The notes beneath the pieces are model-generated. The model saw nothing but the letters and a program-made list of their open reading frames with translations. It searched no databases and was not told where the DNA came from. The translations under genes and the position numbers were made by a program. From the NCBI GenBank assembly GCA_041941865.1, contig CP145873.1, positions 171,752 to 235,751 of the forward strand: 64,000 bases of DNA. Direction: 5' to 3'. This document shows, one piece after another, positions 29,935 to 44,769 of this stretch. The stretch is from Candidatus Dasytiphilus stammeri. Its GTDB lineage: Bacteria > Pseudomonadota > Gammaproteobacteria > Enterobacterales > Enterobacteriaceae. Position 1 is the first letter of the stretch. Each line of letters opens with the position of its first letter.

Positions 29935-31293
29935 TTATTTTCCAATACAGAAACTAGAAAATATTTTACTTAAAAGATCTTCAGTAGTATACTCTCCAGT
30001 AATTTCATTTAATGATTGATGACACCAGCGTAATTCCTCAGCCAGTAATTCCTCACAATGAGTATTAATAAAAATTTTTTGACCGTGTTGGATATAATGA
30101 AGAGCTTTTTTTAAAGATTGTAAATGTCGATGCCTAGCAAGAAACTGACCTTCAGTTCTTCTGTAACTTACCAAATGTTTTTTGACATGATTAAATAATA
30201 ACTTTAGACCCTGTCCAGTGAGGACAGAAATACTAATTACTGTTTGTCCCATAAAATTGCTGAGTGCACATGGTTCGCCTGTTAAATCAATCTTATTGTG
30301 AACTATAGTAATAGGAATATTTTTTGAATATTCTTCAATAAAATTTTTTATTGTATGTTGAGTATGATCACTATTAATATTATCTACCATAAAAATAATA
30401 TGATCAGCTATTTTAGCTAATTTCAACGCTCTTGCAATTCCTATTTGTTCAATAACATTATTAGTTTTATGTATTCCTGCCGTATCAATAATTTGTAGAG
30501 TAATTTCCTCAAAATTAATAATTGATTGTAAAACATCTCGAGTAGTTCCGGCAATATTTGTGACAATTGCGGTATCTTTTCCAGTAAATACATTAAACAG
30601 ACTAGATTTTCCCACATTGGGCTTACCTACTATTAATAACCTCTTACTTTCTTGTATTATAGTTCCCTGAAAAGAATTATTATATACTTCGTTAATTTTC
30701 ATTATTATATTATTTAACTGATTTTTAATTTCATTACAAGTAATCTTATAAATATTGTCATTAGCAAAATCTATGCTACTTTCTAAAGTAACACGTAAAT
30801 CAGTTACTTGTTCTACTAAATTAGAAATTAAGTGGGAAAATTTTCCTTGCAAAGAATTAAAAGCAGCTCTTGCTATTTCTTTAGTACCAGCATTAATAAG
30901 ATCTTCAATAGCTTCTGCTTGTGTTAGATCTAGTTTTTGATTAAAAAATGCTCTTTCGGTAAATTCTCCTGGATTAGCTAGGCGTACCTGCGGAATATTA
31001 GTGATTATTTTTAATAAAATATCGACAATTATAGGACTACCATGACAATGAAATTCTAATACATCTTCCCCGGTAAATGAATTTGGACCAGGAAATGATA
31101 ATACAATTCCTTTATCTATAATATGATTTTTTTCATCATAAAAACAACTATAATTAACTTTTCTAGATATAGGTAAAAATCCTAATATTTTATGTGCTAC
31201 CAAAGTCGTTTGTGGTCCAGACACGCGTACAATACTTATTCCTCCACGTCCCGGTGGAGTAGCTTGAGCTACTATAGTATCATTAAATTTCAT
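29935..31293 (-). CDS. mnmE: tRNA modification GTPase MnmE (TrmE)
   Basis: 452 aa. DTIVAQATPPGRGGISIVRVSG, GKPNVGKSSLFN, DTAG and the C-terminal FCIGK match. Confidence 0.95.
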   Translation of the reverse strand: MKFNDTIVAQATPPGRGGISIVRVSGPQTTLVAHKILGFLPISRKVNYSCFYDEKNHIIDKGIVLSFPGPNSFTGEDVLEFHCHGSPIIVDILLKIITNIPQVRLANPGEFTERAFFNQKLDLTQAEAIEDLINAGTKEIARAAFNSLQGKFSHLISNLVEQVTDLRVTLESSIDFANDNIYKITCNEIKNQLNNIIMKINEVYNNSFQGTIIQESKRLLIVGKPNVGKSSLFNVFTGKDTAIVTNIAGTTRDVLQSIINFEEITLQIIDTAGIHKTNNVIEQIGIARALKLAKIADHIIFMVDNINSDHTQHTIKNFIEEYSKNIPITIVHNKIDLTGEPCALSNFMGQTVISISVLTGQGLKLLFNHVKKHLVSYRRTEGQFLARHRHLQSLKKALHYIQHGQKIFINTHCEELLAEELRWCHQSLNEITGEYTTEDLLSKIFSSFCIGK

Positions 31294-31337
31294 TGAATAC
31301 TGTTATCCTAATACTAACTAATTAGTAATATATATGA

Positions 31338-32960
31338 CTATTTTTGAGTTATTCGATCTTGTTTTTGAAAACTATTAAATATAATTTGTTGTTGTACAAG
31401 AGATAATAAATTACTTACTGTATAATATAAAACTAATCCCGATGGAAACCAAAAGAAAAAAATACTAAATATAATTGGCATATATGTAAAAATTTTTTTC
31501 TGATTAGGATCAGTAATAGTATTAGGAGACATTTTTTGGAGAAAATACATCGTAATTCCCATAATTATAGGTAAAATATAATAAGGATCATGCATTGAAA
31601 GATCATGAATCCATAATATAAATGGAGCCTGTCGTAGTTCTACTGAGTTTATCAACATATAATAAAGCGCAAGAAAAATAGGCATTTGTATAATTAAAGG
31701 TAAACAACCCCCTAAAGGATTAACTTTTTCAGATTGATATAATAACATTATTTCTTGAGATAACCGATATTTATCATTACCTATGCGATCTCGTAATTTT
31801 TGTATTTTAGGTTGTAGTTTTTGCATTTTAACCATTGATGTATACTGTAGTTTAGTCATCGGATACATAATTAATCTAACTATGAAAGTAATTAAAATAA
31901 TTGAAAATCCCCAATTTCCTATAATTTTATGGATAAATTTTAATAATTTAAATAAAGGTTGAGATATAAACCATAACCACCCATAATCAACAGTTAAATC
32001 TAAATATGGAGCTACTAAAGACATTTGATCTTGTAGTCCTGGTCCTACCCAAAGAGTAGCTGTTAAAGTATTTTGTTGATTAGGCAGTATCGTAATAGGA
32101 GAAGATTGATAACCTACACTCACTATATTTCCGTGTTCTTTCTCAGTATAAAATTTATTTATTCCTGTAGTATGTGGAATCCATGCTGTTATGAAATAAT
32201 GTTGTAACATAGCTATCCAACCTTGAGAAGTTTGAATATTGAGATTAGTATTATCTATTATTTTATTAAATTTATATTTAACATATTTTTCATTATTAGT
32301 AGAATATGCTACTCCACGGTATGTCTGTAGATTCCAGTTTTCATGATTTTTTTGATTTTTTGGTAAGTAAAGAGATTGTTTTAGTTGACCGATTAAAGAT
32401 ACTTCTATTGTTTCGTCAGAGTTATTAACTATAGAATAGTTAATATCAATTGAATATTTGTTACGATGTAAAATAAAAATTTTTTTATATATAATCCCTT
32501 TATTTTCCCAAATTAAAGGAACCTGAATTTCCTGATCTCCTTTTTTTAAAAAAAATTTATTACAACTAGTTTTATAAAGAGCATTTTGCTGATCTATAAC
32601 TAAATTTTGGTAGTCAAAATTTTTATTTTTACTCTTTACTAAAAATTGGCTCTGTGCTTGATATATAAAATTTGACGTAGTATCTAATAATTTAAGAGGA
32701 TGATGGATAACTGAATTTTCTGGAAATGCTAATAATTTAGCTTGAATTACATTTCCTCCCTTACAATCAATACTTAATTCTAAAACATCAGTTTTTATTG
32801 TAATAATTTTGTCTGATGAATATAAATGATCTATTATTTCTATTTTTTGATTTTGTTTGCATGCAATTGGATGATTTCTATATTCTACATTCCAAATTTG
32901 AAAAATTTTAAAAGATACTAGTACAAAGACCAGCAATAATAAATTTCGTTGAACATCCAT
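31338..32960 (-). CDS. yidC: Membrane protein insertase YidC
   Basis: 540 aa. NWGFSIILITFIVRLIMYP and NPLGGCLPLIIQMPIF match, and it sits in the rnpA-yidD-yidC-mnmE order. Confidence 0.95.
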   Translation of the reverse strand: MDVQRNLLLLVFVLVSFKIFQIWNVEYRNHPIACKQNQKIEIIDHLYSSDKIITIKTDVLELSIDCKGGNVIQAKLLAFPENSVIHHPLKLLDTTSNFIYQAQSQFLVKSKNKNFDYQNLVIDQQNALYKTSCNKFFLKKGDQEIQVPLIWENKGIIYKKIFILHRNKYSIDINYSIVNNSDETIEVSLIGQLKQSLYLPKNQKNHENWNLQTYRGVAYSTNNEKYVKYKFNKIIDNTNLNIQTSQGWIAMLQHYFITAWIPHTTGINKFYTEKEHGNIVSVGYQSSPITILPNQQNTLTATLWVGPGLQDQMSLVAPYLDLTVDYGWLWFISQPLFKLLKFIHKIIGNWGFSIILITFIVRLIMYPMTKLQYTSMVKMQKLQPKIQKLRDRIGNDKYRLSQEIMLLYQSEKVNPLGGCLPLIIQMPIFLALYYMLINSVELRQAPFILWIHDLSMHDPYYILPIIMGITMYFLQKMSPNTITDPNQKKIFTYMPIIFSIFFFWFPSGLVLYYTVSNLLSLVQQQIIFNSFQKQDRITQK

Positions 32961-32972
32961 TATAAAATATCT

Positions 32973-33215
32973 CTAAGGATTGTTACTTTGAGGTAAATGC
33001 TGACCACCTGTAGTCCCAGGATGGCATAGTAATATACGTTTTACTGTTAACCAACTACCTTGGATTATTCCTAATCTACTTAGTACCTCAATAGCATATT
33101 GAGAACATGTTGGTTGAAATCGACAATTAGGACCTATTAATACACTAAGAAAAAATTGATAATTCTTAATTATTAAAATTAATACTTGTAATACATAAAA
33201 AGACAATTGTTCCAT
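32973..33215 (-). CDS. yidD: Membrane protein insertion efficiency factor YidD
   Basis: 80 aa. [15 protein letters not shown] and [14 protein letters not shown] match, and it overlaps the rnpA 3' end. Confidence 0.88.
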   Translation of the reverse strand: MEQLSFYVLQVLILIIKNYQFFLSVLIGPNCRFQPTCSQYAIEVLSRLGIIQGSWLTVKRILLCHPGTTGGQHLPQSNNP

Positions 33216-33538
33216 AATATTTTTAATATTTTTATAATATAATGATTATTTTTGTTAATGAAATTTTGTTTTATAATGATGATAAAATCTATATTTTTTA
33301 TATAATGTTGATGTAAACGAAAACTTTCCCGGATAATTCTTTTTACTCTATTACGTTCATGTGCTTTCTTTATGACTTTTTTACTTATACATATTCCTAT
33401 ACGTGGATATTCTAAAAAATTTTTTTGATAGAAAAGAGTAATTTCTCTCATAGAGAGAGATTGGTTAATTTGAAAAATTTCTCTAAATTTTTTACTATTA
33501 TTTAACCTCAAAATTTTTGGAAATTTATATCTTTCCAT
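33179..33538 (-). CDS. rnpA: RNase P protein component
   Basis: 119 aa and basic. It contains [18 protein letters not shown] (the RNR motif) and lies downstream of rpmH. Confidence 0.9.
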   Translation of the reverse strand: MERYKFPKILRLNNSKKFREIFQINQSLSMREITLFYQKNFLEYPRIGICISKKVIKKAHERNRVKRIIRESFRLHQHYIKNIDFIIIIKQNFINKNNHYIIKILKILWNNCLFMYYKY

Positions 33539-33563
33539 TTTAATTTTTCAGCCAATTAACTTT

Positions 33564-33704
33564 TTAATTAGAAATACTTAAACGAGATCTTTTTTTAGCT
33601 CTGCGTCGAGCCAAAATTTTTCGACCATTTTTTGTTGACATTCTAATCCGAAAACCATGAGTACGATTTCTCTTAATTACTGAAGGTTGAAAAGTTCGTT
33701 TCAT
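33564..33704 (-). CDS. rpmH: 50S ribosomal protein L34 (below the ORF-track length cut-off)
   Basis: Manual translation gives [46 protein letters not shown], 46 aa, collinear with E. coli L34. Confidence 0.93.
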   Translation of the reverse strand: MKRTFQPSVIKRNRTHGFRIRMSTKNGRKILARRRAKKRSRLSISN

Positions 33705-33907
33705 AATTCATTTTCTTTTTTAAATAAAAATTTAATAAAAATAAACGAGTAAATAAAATATAATTCTATTATAAAATTATTTTTTTGGAAAGAACAATTA
33801 TTTTTTCAATTTTTTATGATAAAATTTCATTTATCAAAGTAAAAAATTTTACCTACACATTCATTATTTTCTCAAATAATTACTTTTAACAATTCTTTAC
33901 AATTTTT

Positions 33908-35011
33908 ATGAAATTTACTATACAACGTGAACAATTATTAAAACCATTACAACAAACTACTAGAACTATTAGTAATAAACCATTATTACCTATTATTAAT
34001 AATATTCTACTTCAGGTAAGTCAAGGAACACTATGGTTAACTTCTACTGATCTTGAAATAGAGATGCAAACATATATTAAACTCATACAACCACATAAAG
34101 AAGGTGGAATTACTGTACCTGCCAGAAAATTATTAGAAATTTGTAAATGTTTACCATTAAATTCTAACATAATAGTGACTGTTCAAAAACAACAAATATT
34201 ATTAACTTCTGGATATAGTAAATTTTATTTATCTACATTAGCAGCAGATAATTTTCCTCATTTAGACTCCTTTGATAGTGAAATTGAATTAACTATTAAA
34301 CAAAACATAATGAAATATTTGATAGAATCAACCTATTTTTCTATGGCCCGACAAGATGTACGTTATTACCTTAATGGTCTTTTGTTAGAGATCAATGGAG
34401 TACAATTAGCTACAGTAGCTACTGATGGACATCGTTTAGCTTTTTGTAAAAGTATTGTAAGTAAAAGTTTTTCTTTAACGTCCATTATTCTTCCTAGAAA
34501 AACAGTTCTCGAAATTTTGAGATTACTAGAAAATAATGATCAATTATTAAAGCTACAAATTAGTAAAAATAATATAAGAATATATCTAAATCATTGTATA
34601 ATTACATCTAGAATTATAGATGGTAAGTTTCCTAATTATCATACGGTATTACAAAATAATTATGATAAACTAATTATCGTACAAGCAGATTTATTAAAAT
34701 TATCTTTATATAGAGCTTCTATTTTAGCTAATGAAAGATTAAATGGAGTATGTTTAGATTTACAACCAAATATGTTAAAAATTACTGCTACTAATATGGA
34801 ACAAGAAAAATCTGAAGAAATAGTTGATATTGATTATCAAGGTAAATGTTTAAGTATTATTATTAATGTAAAATACATATTAGATGTATTGAAAAATTTT
34901 AATAGTGAAAAAATTAGAATATTATTCCGAGATTCACAATCTAGTATTAAAATTGAAAGAGTCACGAGTAATTCAGATAATATGTATGTAATAATGCCAA
35001 TGCAATTATAA
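33908..35011 (+). CDS. dnaN: DNA polymerase III beta sliding clamp
   Basis: 367 aa. MKFTIQREQLLKPLQQ and ATDGHRLA match, and gyrB follows. Confidence 0.95.
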   Translation: MKFTIQREQLLKPLQQTTRTISNKPLLPIINNILLQVSQGTLWLTSTDLEIEMQTYIKLIQPHKEGGITVPARKLLEICKCLPLNSNIIVTVQKQQILLTSGYSKFYLSTLAADNFPHLDSFDSEIELTIKQNIMKYLIESTYFSMARQDVRYYLNGLLLEINGVQLATVATDGHRLAFCKSIVSKSFSLTSIILPRKTVLEILRLLENNDQLLKLQISKNNIRIYLNHCIITSRIIDGKFPNYHTVLQNNYDKLIIVQADLLKLSLYRASILANERLNGVCLDLQPNMLKITATNMEQEKSEEIVDIDYQGKCLSIIINVKYILDVLKNFNSEKIRILFRDSQSSIKIERVTSNSDNMYVIMPMQL

Positions 35012-35098
35012 TGAGACTACAGTGTAATAATTGAAAAAATTTTTCAAATATTGTTCATACTACTTAATATATTTTACAATTTTCTTTTATATTAGTGA

Positions 35099-37507
<2,409 letters not shown>

Positions 37508-37522
37508 AAAACATCAAATTTG

Positions 37523-39043
37523 TTACTTAGGACGTAAAGTAGGAAATAAAATAACATCGCGAATATTCCATGTATTAGTCAATATCATCACTAATCTATC
37601 AATTCCGATTCCCATACCCGCAGTAGGTGGCATACCATATTCTAATGCTTTAATATAATCTTCATCATAAATATGATTATATTCATCATAATTATTATTG
37701 TAATCGTTATGTTTTTGTTGTAAAAAACGACTATATTGTTCTTCAGAATCATTTAATTCTGAAAAACCATTTGCTATTTCATAACCATTAATAAATAATT
37801 CAAATCTTTCAGAAAAACAGTGCGAGTTATTATGACTACGGGATAAAGGAGATACCTCAGTAGGATAATCGGTGATAAAAGTGGGATATATTAATTTTTT
37901 TTCTACCGATAGAGAAAAAATTTCAGTAAGGATACGACCATGACCCCAATGTTTTTTGATATTAATTCCTAAATTTTTAGCAAATTTCTCGGTTAGATAA
38001 ATATCTTCTAGAACATTAAGATAAATTTTTTCGGAAGAATATTTTAATATTGCTTCTTTCATAGAAAGTTTAGTAAAAGATTTATTAAAGTCAAAAATAT
38101 AATTTCCATACTGAATGATGGAAGTACCTAATACTTTTTTAGTTAAATTTCTTAATAATTTTTCGGTAATTTGCATAAGATCTTTATAATCTGCATAAGC
38201 CATATATAGTTCCATCATAGTAAATTCCGGATTATGTCGTGGCGATATACCCTCATTTCGAAAAATTCTGCTTAATTCAAATATTCTTTCTAAACCACCT
38301 ATGACAAGACGTTTAAGATAAAGTTCAGGTGCAATTCTGAGATATAGGTCAATATCTAGAGTATTATGATGAGTAATAAAAGGACGTGCGCTTGCTCCTC
38401 CAGGAATGTTTTGCATCATAGGTGTTTCGACTTCTAGAAAATTTTCTTTATCCATAAAAAGTCTGATATAAAAGATAATTTTAGAACGTAAAATAAAATT
38501 ATTTCGTGACTGATGATTAGTAATTAGATCAAGATAACGTTGTCGATAACAAGTTTCTTTATCTACTAGTCGGTGAAATTTATCAGGTAAGGACCGAAGA
38601 GATTTAGTTAAAAGACATAATTCAGTACAATTAATTGAAAGTTCATTAGTCTTAGTTTTAAATAAAGTTCCCTTAGCACCAATAATATCTCCTAAATCCC
38701 AACTTTTAAAGTTATAATTATAAAAATCTTTATTATTATTATTATATTTTATATATAATTGTATTTTTCCTCCTCTATCCTGAAGAGTAATAAAAGAGGA
38801 TTTACCCATAGTTCGTCGTGTTATAATACGACCAGCAACACTAATAATAATATTTAAATTTTTTAAATATAAATTATTTTTATTACTAAATTTCAAATGT
38901 AGTTCTCGTGAAATACAATTAGGACGAAAATCATTGGGAAATACTATACCTTCGGTACGTAAATTATGTAATTTTTTACGTCTATTTTTACACTCATCAC
39001 TTAATTCTTTTATAGAAAACATTATTCTTGGTTGTTTAGACAT
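37523..39043 (-). CDS. lysS: Lysine--tRNA ligase
   Basis: 506 aa, class II motifs ([29 protein letters not shown]), downstream of prfB as in E. coli. Confidence 0.95.
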   Translation of the reverse strand: MSKQPRIMFSIKELSDECKNRRKKLHNLRTEGIVFPNDFRPNCISRELHLKFSNKNNLYLKNLNIIISVAGRIITRRTMGKSSFITLQDRGGKIQLYIKYNNNNKDFYNYNFKSWDLGDIIGAKGTLFKTKTNELSINCTELCLLTKSLRSLPDKFHRLVDKETCYRQRYLDLITNHQSRNNFILRSKIIFYIRLFMDKENFLEVETPMMQNIPGGASARPFITHHNTLDIDLYLRIAPELYLKRLVIGGLERIFELSRIFRNEGISPRHNPEFTMMELYMAYADYKDLMQITEKLLRNLTKKVLGTSIIQYGNYIFDFNKSFTKLSMKEAILKYSSEKIYLNVLEDIYLTEKFAKNLGINIKKHWGHGRILTEIFSLSVEKKLIYPTFITDYPTEVSPLSRSHNNSHCFSERFELFINGYEIANGFSELNDSEEQYSRFLQQKHNDYNNNYDEYNHIYDEDYIKALEYGMPPTAGMGIGIDRLVMILTNTWNIRDVILFPTLRPK

Positions 39044-39053
39044 TAATTATGCC

Positions 39054-40164
39054 TCATAATTTATCTGGAAAATTTTTTTCCAGAAATAAGTCTATTTTAC
39101 CATTTAAAACATCTTGTATATTACGAGTTTCTATTCCTGTACGTAAGTCTTTAATACGTGAATCATCAAGAACATAAGATCGAATTTGTCTTCCCCATCC
39201 AATTTCTTCTTTATTGTTTTCTTCCAACTTTTTATCTGCATTTCTTTTTTTTAACTCTAAATTATATAATTTAGCTTTCATTTGTTTTAATGCTTGCTCT
39301 TTATTTTTATGCTGAGATCGATTATTTTGACATTGTGTAACTGTGCCAGTAGGAAGATGTGTAATGCGTACTGCAGATTCAGTGCGATTGACATGTTGTC
39401 CACCTGCACCGGAAGATCGATATACATCAATTCTTAAATCATTAACATTCATTTCTATTTCTATATTATCCTGAACTTCAGGATATATAAATATCGAACT
39501 AAAAGAAGTATGTCGTCTTCTACCAGAATCAAATGGACTTTTTCGAACTAATCGATGAATTCCTGTTTCAGTTCGTAACAATCCAAAAGCATATTCTCCT
39601 ACAACTCGAATGGTAGTACATTTTATTCCTGCTTTCTCTCCTACTGATTCTGATATGATTTCAGTAACAAATTTTTTTTGTTCTGCCCACCGTAAATACA
39701 TACGGCTTAACATATAAGCCCAATCTTGAGCTTCTATTCCTCCTGATCCTGATTGGATATCTATATAGCAATTTTCACGATCTTGTTTTTGATTAAACAA
39801 TTTCTTAAATTCTAATTTTCTTAATTTAACTTCTATCTTTTTAAGATCATTATATATTACATGTACTAGTTCGATATCATTTTCCATTATCGATAATTCG
39901 AGTAAATTTTTTGCGTCTTTTAATTCTGTGAATAAAGTTAATATATTATTTATATTTTGTTGTAGTAAAGATCGTTTTTTATTTAAAGATTTTACTAAAT
40001 CAATATCTTTCCAGGTTTGATGTTGAGTTAAAAGTATATTAATTTTGGTTAGCATATTTTTAGTGGATTCATAATCAAAGATTCCTCCACAAAACATTAC
40101 TACGTTTATCAAGTTGGATAATCATATCTGTTAAAAAAGCAATATCTAAATTTTGTTTTATCAT
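39054..40164 (-). CDS. prfB: Peptide chain release factor 2, requiring a programmed +1 ribosomal frameshift (frame 0: 40164-40078; +1 frame: 40076-39054)
   Basis: ATG at 40164 gives [29 protein letters not shown], followed by an in-frame TGA (40077-40075). The +1 frame continues DYESTKNM... into the 352-aa ORF, which carries the SPF-region and GGQ (SGAGGQHVN) motifs. Confidence 0.92.
40075..40088 (-). promoter_or_regulatory. prfB: prfB autoregulatory +1 frameshift cassette: internal Shine-Dalgarno-like GGAGG, 3-nt spacer, CTT TGA
   Basis: The minus strand reads GGAGG AAT CTT TGA T. The E. coli site is AGGGGG TAT CTT TGA C. Confidence 0.88.
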
Positions 40165-40445
40165 AGTAAAACTATTATTCAATTTTTCCTTAAAAAAGTA
40201 TAATATAAATATATTAAATCAATATAAATAATTCAATGAAATATTATTCAATAAAAGTATTTTAAATTATTTTTCTATTATGACATATGGATGGAAAAAT
40301 TACAGAAGATTAATCTTTTCTAAATTAATTACCTAATTTTTAGTGAAATTATTTTTTATTCTTAATAAGATTAATTGTTAATTTTTTTTCATTTCATTTA
40401 TAAATTAAAGTATATTTATCAAAATTATTTAACTTTCAGTTTTAT

Positions 40446-41450
40446 ATGAACTATATAGAATTTCCTTTAAATTTACCTATTTCATCTAGTGAATTATCGT
40501 TAACATTAATTTCTATGGAGGATTGGTGTATTATCGCTACTACAGGACAAGATTCTATTAATTATATGCAAGGACAAATTACGGCTGATATTAATCAATT
40601 ACATATAAATAATTATTATTATAGTGCTCATTGTAATGCTCAAGGAAAAATGTTAACTAACTTATTATTATTTGTATATCAAGGACAGCTCTGTTGGATA
40701 ATACGTCGTTCAGTTATTAATGTACACATAACAGCTTTAAAAAAATATGCAATATTTTCAGATATTAATATAATTGAACTTGATAATACTATAATGTTAG
40801 GTATTGCTGGATCTCAAGTTAAATCAATGCTTAAAAAAATATTTCCTATATTACCTAATATTAATTATCCTGTTGTAGAAAATATTATAAATAATATTAT
40901 ATTGATATACTTTCCCTTACCTAGAGATAGATTTATTCTCATTACTGATGTAAGTAGAGGAACTCTATTACATTATCAACTATATATTCAAAATAATTTT
41001 TTAAAATTTAATAATAGTAAACAATGGCTAGCTTTAGATATCGAAGCAGGTTATCCTATCATTGATAATGATAATTCTTCTAAATTTTTTCCACAAGATG
41101 CAAACTTACATTTTCTGAAAGCTATTAGTTGGAATAAAGGATGTTATATAGGACAAGAAGTCATATCTCGTATTAACTACCGTGGAATAAATAAACGCGG
41201 TCTTTACATCCTCATAGGATACTCGTTACAGTTACCTTCTTCTAATTCTATTATAGAAATGCAATATAACTTAAATATTTGGAAAATTTGTGGAAAAGTG
41301 CTTGCTAGTTGTTGTATGAAAAATGGACAAATATGGATACAAGGAATTATAAATAATAATCTTCCCCTTAATACTATTTTACGTATTCCCGGAAATACAG
41401 AGATTATAATTAGTAAATATTTTTCTTTTTGTAAAAGTTCTGAATTATAA
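40446..41450 (+). CDS. ygfZ: Folate-binding, GcvT-like protein YgfZ
   Basis: 334 aa. It has the KGCYIGQE signature and lies between prfB and gcvP as in E. coli. Confidence 0.85.
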   Translation: MNYIEFPLNLPISSSELSLTLISMEDWCIIATTGQDSINYMQGQITADINQLHINNYYYSAHCNAQGKMLTNLLLFVYQGQLCWIIRRSVINVHITALKKYAIFSDINIIELDNTIMLGIAGSQVKSMLKKIFPILPNINYPVVENIINNIILIYFPLPRDRFILITDVSRGTLLHYQLYIQNNFLKFNNSKQWLALDIEAGYPIIDNDNSSKFFPQDANLHFLKAISWNKGCYIGQEVISRINYRGINKRGLYILIGYSLQLPSSNSIIEMQYNLNIWKICGKVLASCCMKNGQIWIQGIINNNLPLNTILRIPGNTEIIISKYFSFCKSSEL

Positions 41451-41468
41451 AATAAATAATTATTTCTC

Positions 41469-44333
41469 TTATCTTAATGGATAAGAGGTACATAAATTTT
41501 TGTCTCCAAATATATCATTTAGTCGTTTGACAGGCGGCCAATATTTATTATTTTTTATTTTTAACGGAAAAAATGCTTGTTTTATACTATAAGCATGATT
41601 CCATTTTTCTGTAAGTTCGTCTTGAGTATGTGGTGCATTAATTAGAGGATTATCATCGAGTGGCCAGTAACCTTTTTCTATAAAATTAATTTCTTGACGT
41701 ATAGATATCATTGCTTCAAGAAAATTATCTATTTCAATTTTATTTTCTGATTCTGTTGGTTCAATCATCATTGTTCCTGGCACAGGAAAAGATATTGTAG
41801 GTGCATGAAATCCATAATCTATAAGACGTTTAGCAATATCTAATTCTCCAATACCTAGTTTAAATTTTAAAGGACGGATATCAATTATACATTCATGTCC
41901 TACAAGGTTATTACGTCCTGTATATAATATAGGATATGATGAAGTTATTTTTTTAGCAATATAATTAGCATTGAGTATTGCTATTTCACTAGATAATCTT
42001 AATCCTTTGTGACCCATCATACGAATATACATCCAACATATAGGAAAAAGTGATGCACTACCAAAAGGAGCTGCAGATACTGCACTCTGAGAATTTATTA
42101 ATCCCTTAATTTGTATTATTTTATGACCGGGTAAAAAATTAATGAGATGTTTTTTCACTCCAATAGGACCTAATCCCGGACCTCCTCCACCGTGAGGAAT
42201 ACAAAAAGTTTTATGCAGATTAAGATGAGCAACATCTGCACCAATAGTACAAGGATTAGTAATTCCTAATTGAGCATTCATATTAGCACCATCTAGATAA
42301 ACTTGTCCTCCATTATCATGAATAAGTTGACATATTTGAGGAATGTTTTCTTCGAATAGTCCATAAGTAGAGGGATAAGTTATCATTAAACAACTTAAAT
42401 TCTTTCCTGATTGCTCTATTTTACATAGTAAATCATTTAATTCAATATTACCATAATTATCACACTTAATAGGAATTACCTTCATTCCCACCATTGTTGC
42501 TGAAGCTGGATTAGTTCCATGAGCTGAATTAGGTATAAGACATATATTACGATTGTTTTCATTTCTACTTTCATGATAACGGCGAATGGTTAAAAGACCA
42601 GCATACTCTCCTTGAGCACCAGAATTAGGTTGGAGACTAAAGGCGTTATATCCAGTTAATAATTGTAACCAATTACATAACTGATGTATTAATTTGACAT
42701 AACCTTTTATTTGATTCTTAGGACAAAAAGGATGAATTTCACAAAATTCTGGCCAACTAAGTGGAATCATTTCTACGGCAGCATTGAGTTTCATAGTACA
42801 CGAACCCAATGGAATCATTGAATAATTAAGAGCGATATCTTTACATTCTAGTGTATGGAGATAACGCATCATAGCTGTTTCACTATGAAAACTATTAAAA
42901 ATAATATGAGTTAATATATCTTCAGTACGTAATAAGTCTAAAGGTAAAGATATACTTGAATTTTGTTGTTTGATATACTGATCTATTATAATTGGATCTA
43001 ATCCATGTCCATCTTCTAAAAAGATAGTAAATAATGTCATTATATCTTGCCGAGTAGTAGTTTCATCTAAAGTGATACCTACAGCGTGATTAAGATCAGA
43101 GCGTAAATTGATTCCTAATTTTAGAGCACGTAATAATATATTATTTTTATTTTCTACTTTAATAGTTAGAGTATCAAACCAAGTATGATGCAATAACTTC
43201 AATCCTCCAATTTGTAAACCTACAGCTAAAATATCTGTTAAACGATTTATGCGAGTAGCAATTTTTTGTAATCCTTTAGGACCATGATAAACCGCATAAA
43301 AACCGGCTATTATAGCTAATAAAGCCTGTGAAGTACAAATATTAGAAGTAGCTTTTTCTCGACGAATATGCTGTTCTCTAGTTTGTAGAGCCATTCGAAA
43401 AGCAATATTTCCTAATTTGTCTCGCGAAACTCCTATAATACGTCCAGGCATAGATCGTTTATATTCTTCGCGAGTAGCATAAAAAGCTGCATGAGGTCCT
43501 CCATATCCCATTGGAAGACCAAATCGTTGTGCAGAACCAAAAACTATATCTGCTCCCTGTGTTCCGGGACCTTTCAAAATAACTAAAGACATGAGATCTG
43601 CAGCTACACTAATAATAATTTGTTTCTTTTTTAGTTTAGCTATTAAAGATGTAAAGTTATGTATTTTTCCGGTCGTACCTATATATTGGAATAATATTCC
43701 AAAAATTTGATTTTGATAAATCAGAGCATTATCAGGATTATCTATAATAATGTCAATTTCTAACGTACTAGCTCTAGTTTTTATGACATCTATAGTTTGG
43801 GGGTGCACATCATTAGCTATGAAAAATTTATTATTTTTTATTTTACTAATCCGTTTTGACATAGACATAGCTTCTGCCGCTGCGGTAGCTTCATCTAATA
43901 AAGAGGCAGAAGCTATAGGTAGTCCTGTTAAATCTACAGTAATTTGCTGAAAATTAAGTAATGCTTCTAATCGTCCCTGAGAAATTTCTGGTTGATATGG
44001 AGTATAAGCAGTATACCATCCCGGATTTTCTAATACATTACGTAAAATTACTTGAGGAAGTATAGTTCCATAATAACCCATTCCAATTAAAGATTTAAAA
44101 ATTTTATTTTTTTTAGCAATCATTTTTAATTCTGATAAAGCTACATGTGCTGGTACTGCATCACACAGATTAGGAATATTTGTTAGCTGGATTTCTGGAG
44201 GAACTACAGCAGAAATTAATTCCTTAAGAGAAGACATTTTGATTGTAGATAACATAGATTTTTGTTGGTTCCCAGATGGACCAATATGTCTTAATATAAA
44301 GTTATCTTCTAGATGATTTAAAGATTTTATCAT
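41469..44333 (-). CDS. gcvP: Glycine dehydrogenase (decarboxylating), glycine cleavage P protein
   Basis: 954 aa. It has [22 protein letters not shown] and the PLP-lysine region [16 protein letters not shown]. Confidence 0.96.
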   Translation of the reverse strand: MIKSLNHLEDNFILRHIGPSGNQQKSMLSTIKMSSLKELISAVVPPEIQLTNIPNLCDAVPAHVALSELKMIAKKNKIFKSLIGMGYYGTILPQVILRNVLENPGWYTAYTPYQPEISQGRLEALLNFQQITVDLTGLPIASASLLDEATAAAEAMSMSKRISKIKNNKFFIANDVHPQTIDVIKTRASTLEIDIIIDNPDNALIYQNQIFGILFQYIGTTGKIHNFTSLIAKLKKKQIIISVAADLMSLVILKGPGTQGADIVFGSAQRFGLPMGYGGPHAAFYATREEYKRSMPGRIIGVSRDKLGNIAFRMALQTREQHIRREKATSNICTSQALLAIIAGFYAVYHGPKGLQKIATRINRLTDILAVGLQIGGLKLLHHTWFDTLTIKVENKNNILLRALKLGINLRSDLNHAVGITLDETTTRQDIMTLFTIFLEDGHGLDPIIIDQYIKQQNSSISLPLDLLRTEDILTHIIFNSFHSETAMMRYLHTLECKDIALNYSMIPLGSCTMKLNAAVEMIPLSWPEFCEIHPFCPKNQIKGYVKLIHQLCNWLQLLTGYNAFSLQPNSGAQGEYAGLLTIRRYHESRNENNRNICLIPNSAHGTNPASATMVGMKVIPIKCDNYGNIELNDLLCKIEQSGKNLSCLMITYPSTYGLFEENIPQICQLIHDNGGQVYLDGANMNAQLGITNPCTIGADVAHLNLHKTFCIPHGGGGPGLGPIGVKKHLINFLPGHKIIQIKGLINSQSAVSAAPFGSASLFPICWMYIRMMGHKGLRLSSEIAILNANYIAKKITSSYPILYTGRNNLVGHECIIDIRPLKFKLGIGELDIAKRLIDYGFHAPTISFPVPGTMMIEPTESENKIEIDNFLEAMISIRQEINFIEKGYWPLDDNPLINAPHTQDELTEKWNHAYSIKQAFFPLKIKNNKYWPPVKRLNDIFGDKNLCTSYPLR

Positions 44334-44362
44334 ATTCTGGAAATAATATTGATTATTGAAAA

Positions 44363-44752
44363 TTATTGAAGGTTTTTTTGATAATCACTTGCATTTAATA
44401 ATAAATCTAGCTCATAATCTTTCCAAGATTCGATTTTGAATATCCATCCCTGGTCATATGGATTAGTATTAACTAATTCTGGATTATTGTTTAATAAGAT
44501 ATTAATTTCTATAATTTTTCCAGTAAGTGGTGCATATATGCTACTAGCAGTTTTAACTGATTCAGCTACAGCACATTCTTCGCCAATATTAAAAATTGTA
44601 TTAACTATAGGTAATTCAATAAATACTATATCTCCGAGTAATTTTTGTGCATAATCAGTAATACCAATAATATAAATATTCGATTGCAGGGATATTCGTT
44701 GTACCCATTCATGACTGGGTCGGTATTTATAATTACTGATAATTTTGGTCAT
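44363..44752 (-). CDS. gcvH: Glycine cleavage H protein (lipoyl carrier)
   Basis: 129 aa. The lipoyl-lysine motif [15 protein letters not shown] is present. Confidence 0.95.
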   Translation of the reverse strand: MTKIISNYKYRPSHEWVQRISLQSNIYIIGITDYAQKLLGDIVFIELPIVNTIFNIGEECAVAESVKTASSIYAPLTGKIIEINILLNNNPELVNTNPYDQGWIFKIESWKDYELDLLLNASDYQKNLQ

Positions 44753-44769
44753 TTTCTATTCTTCTATAA

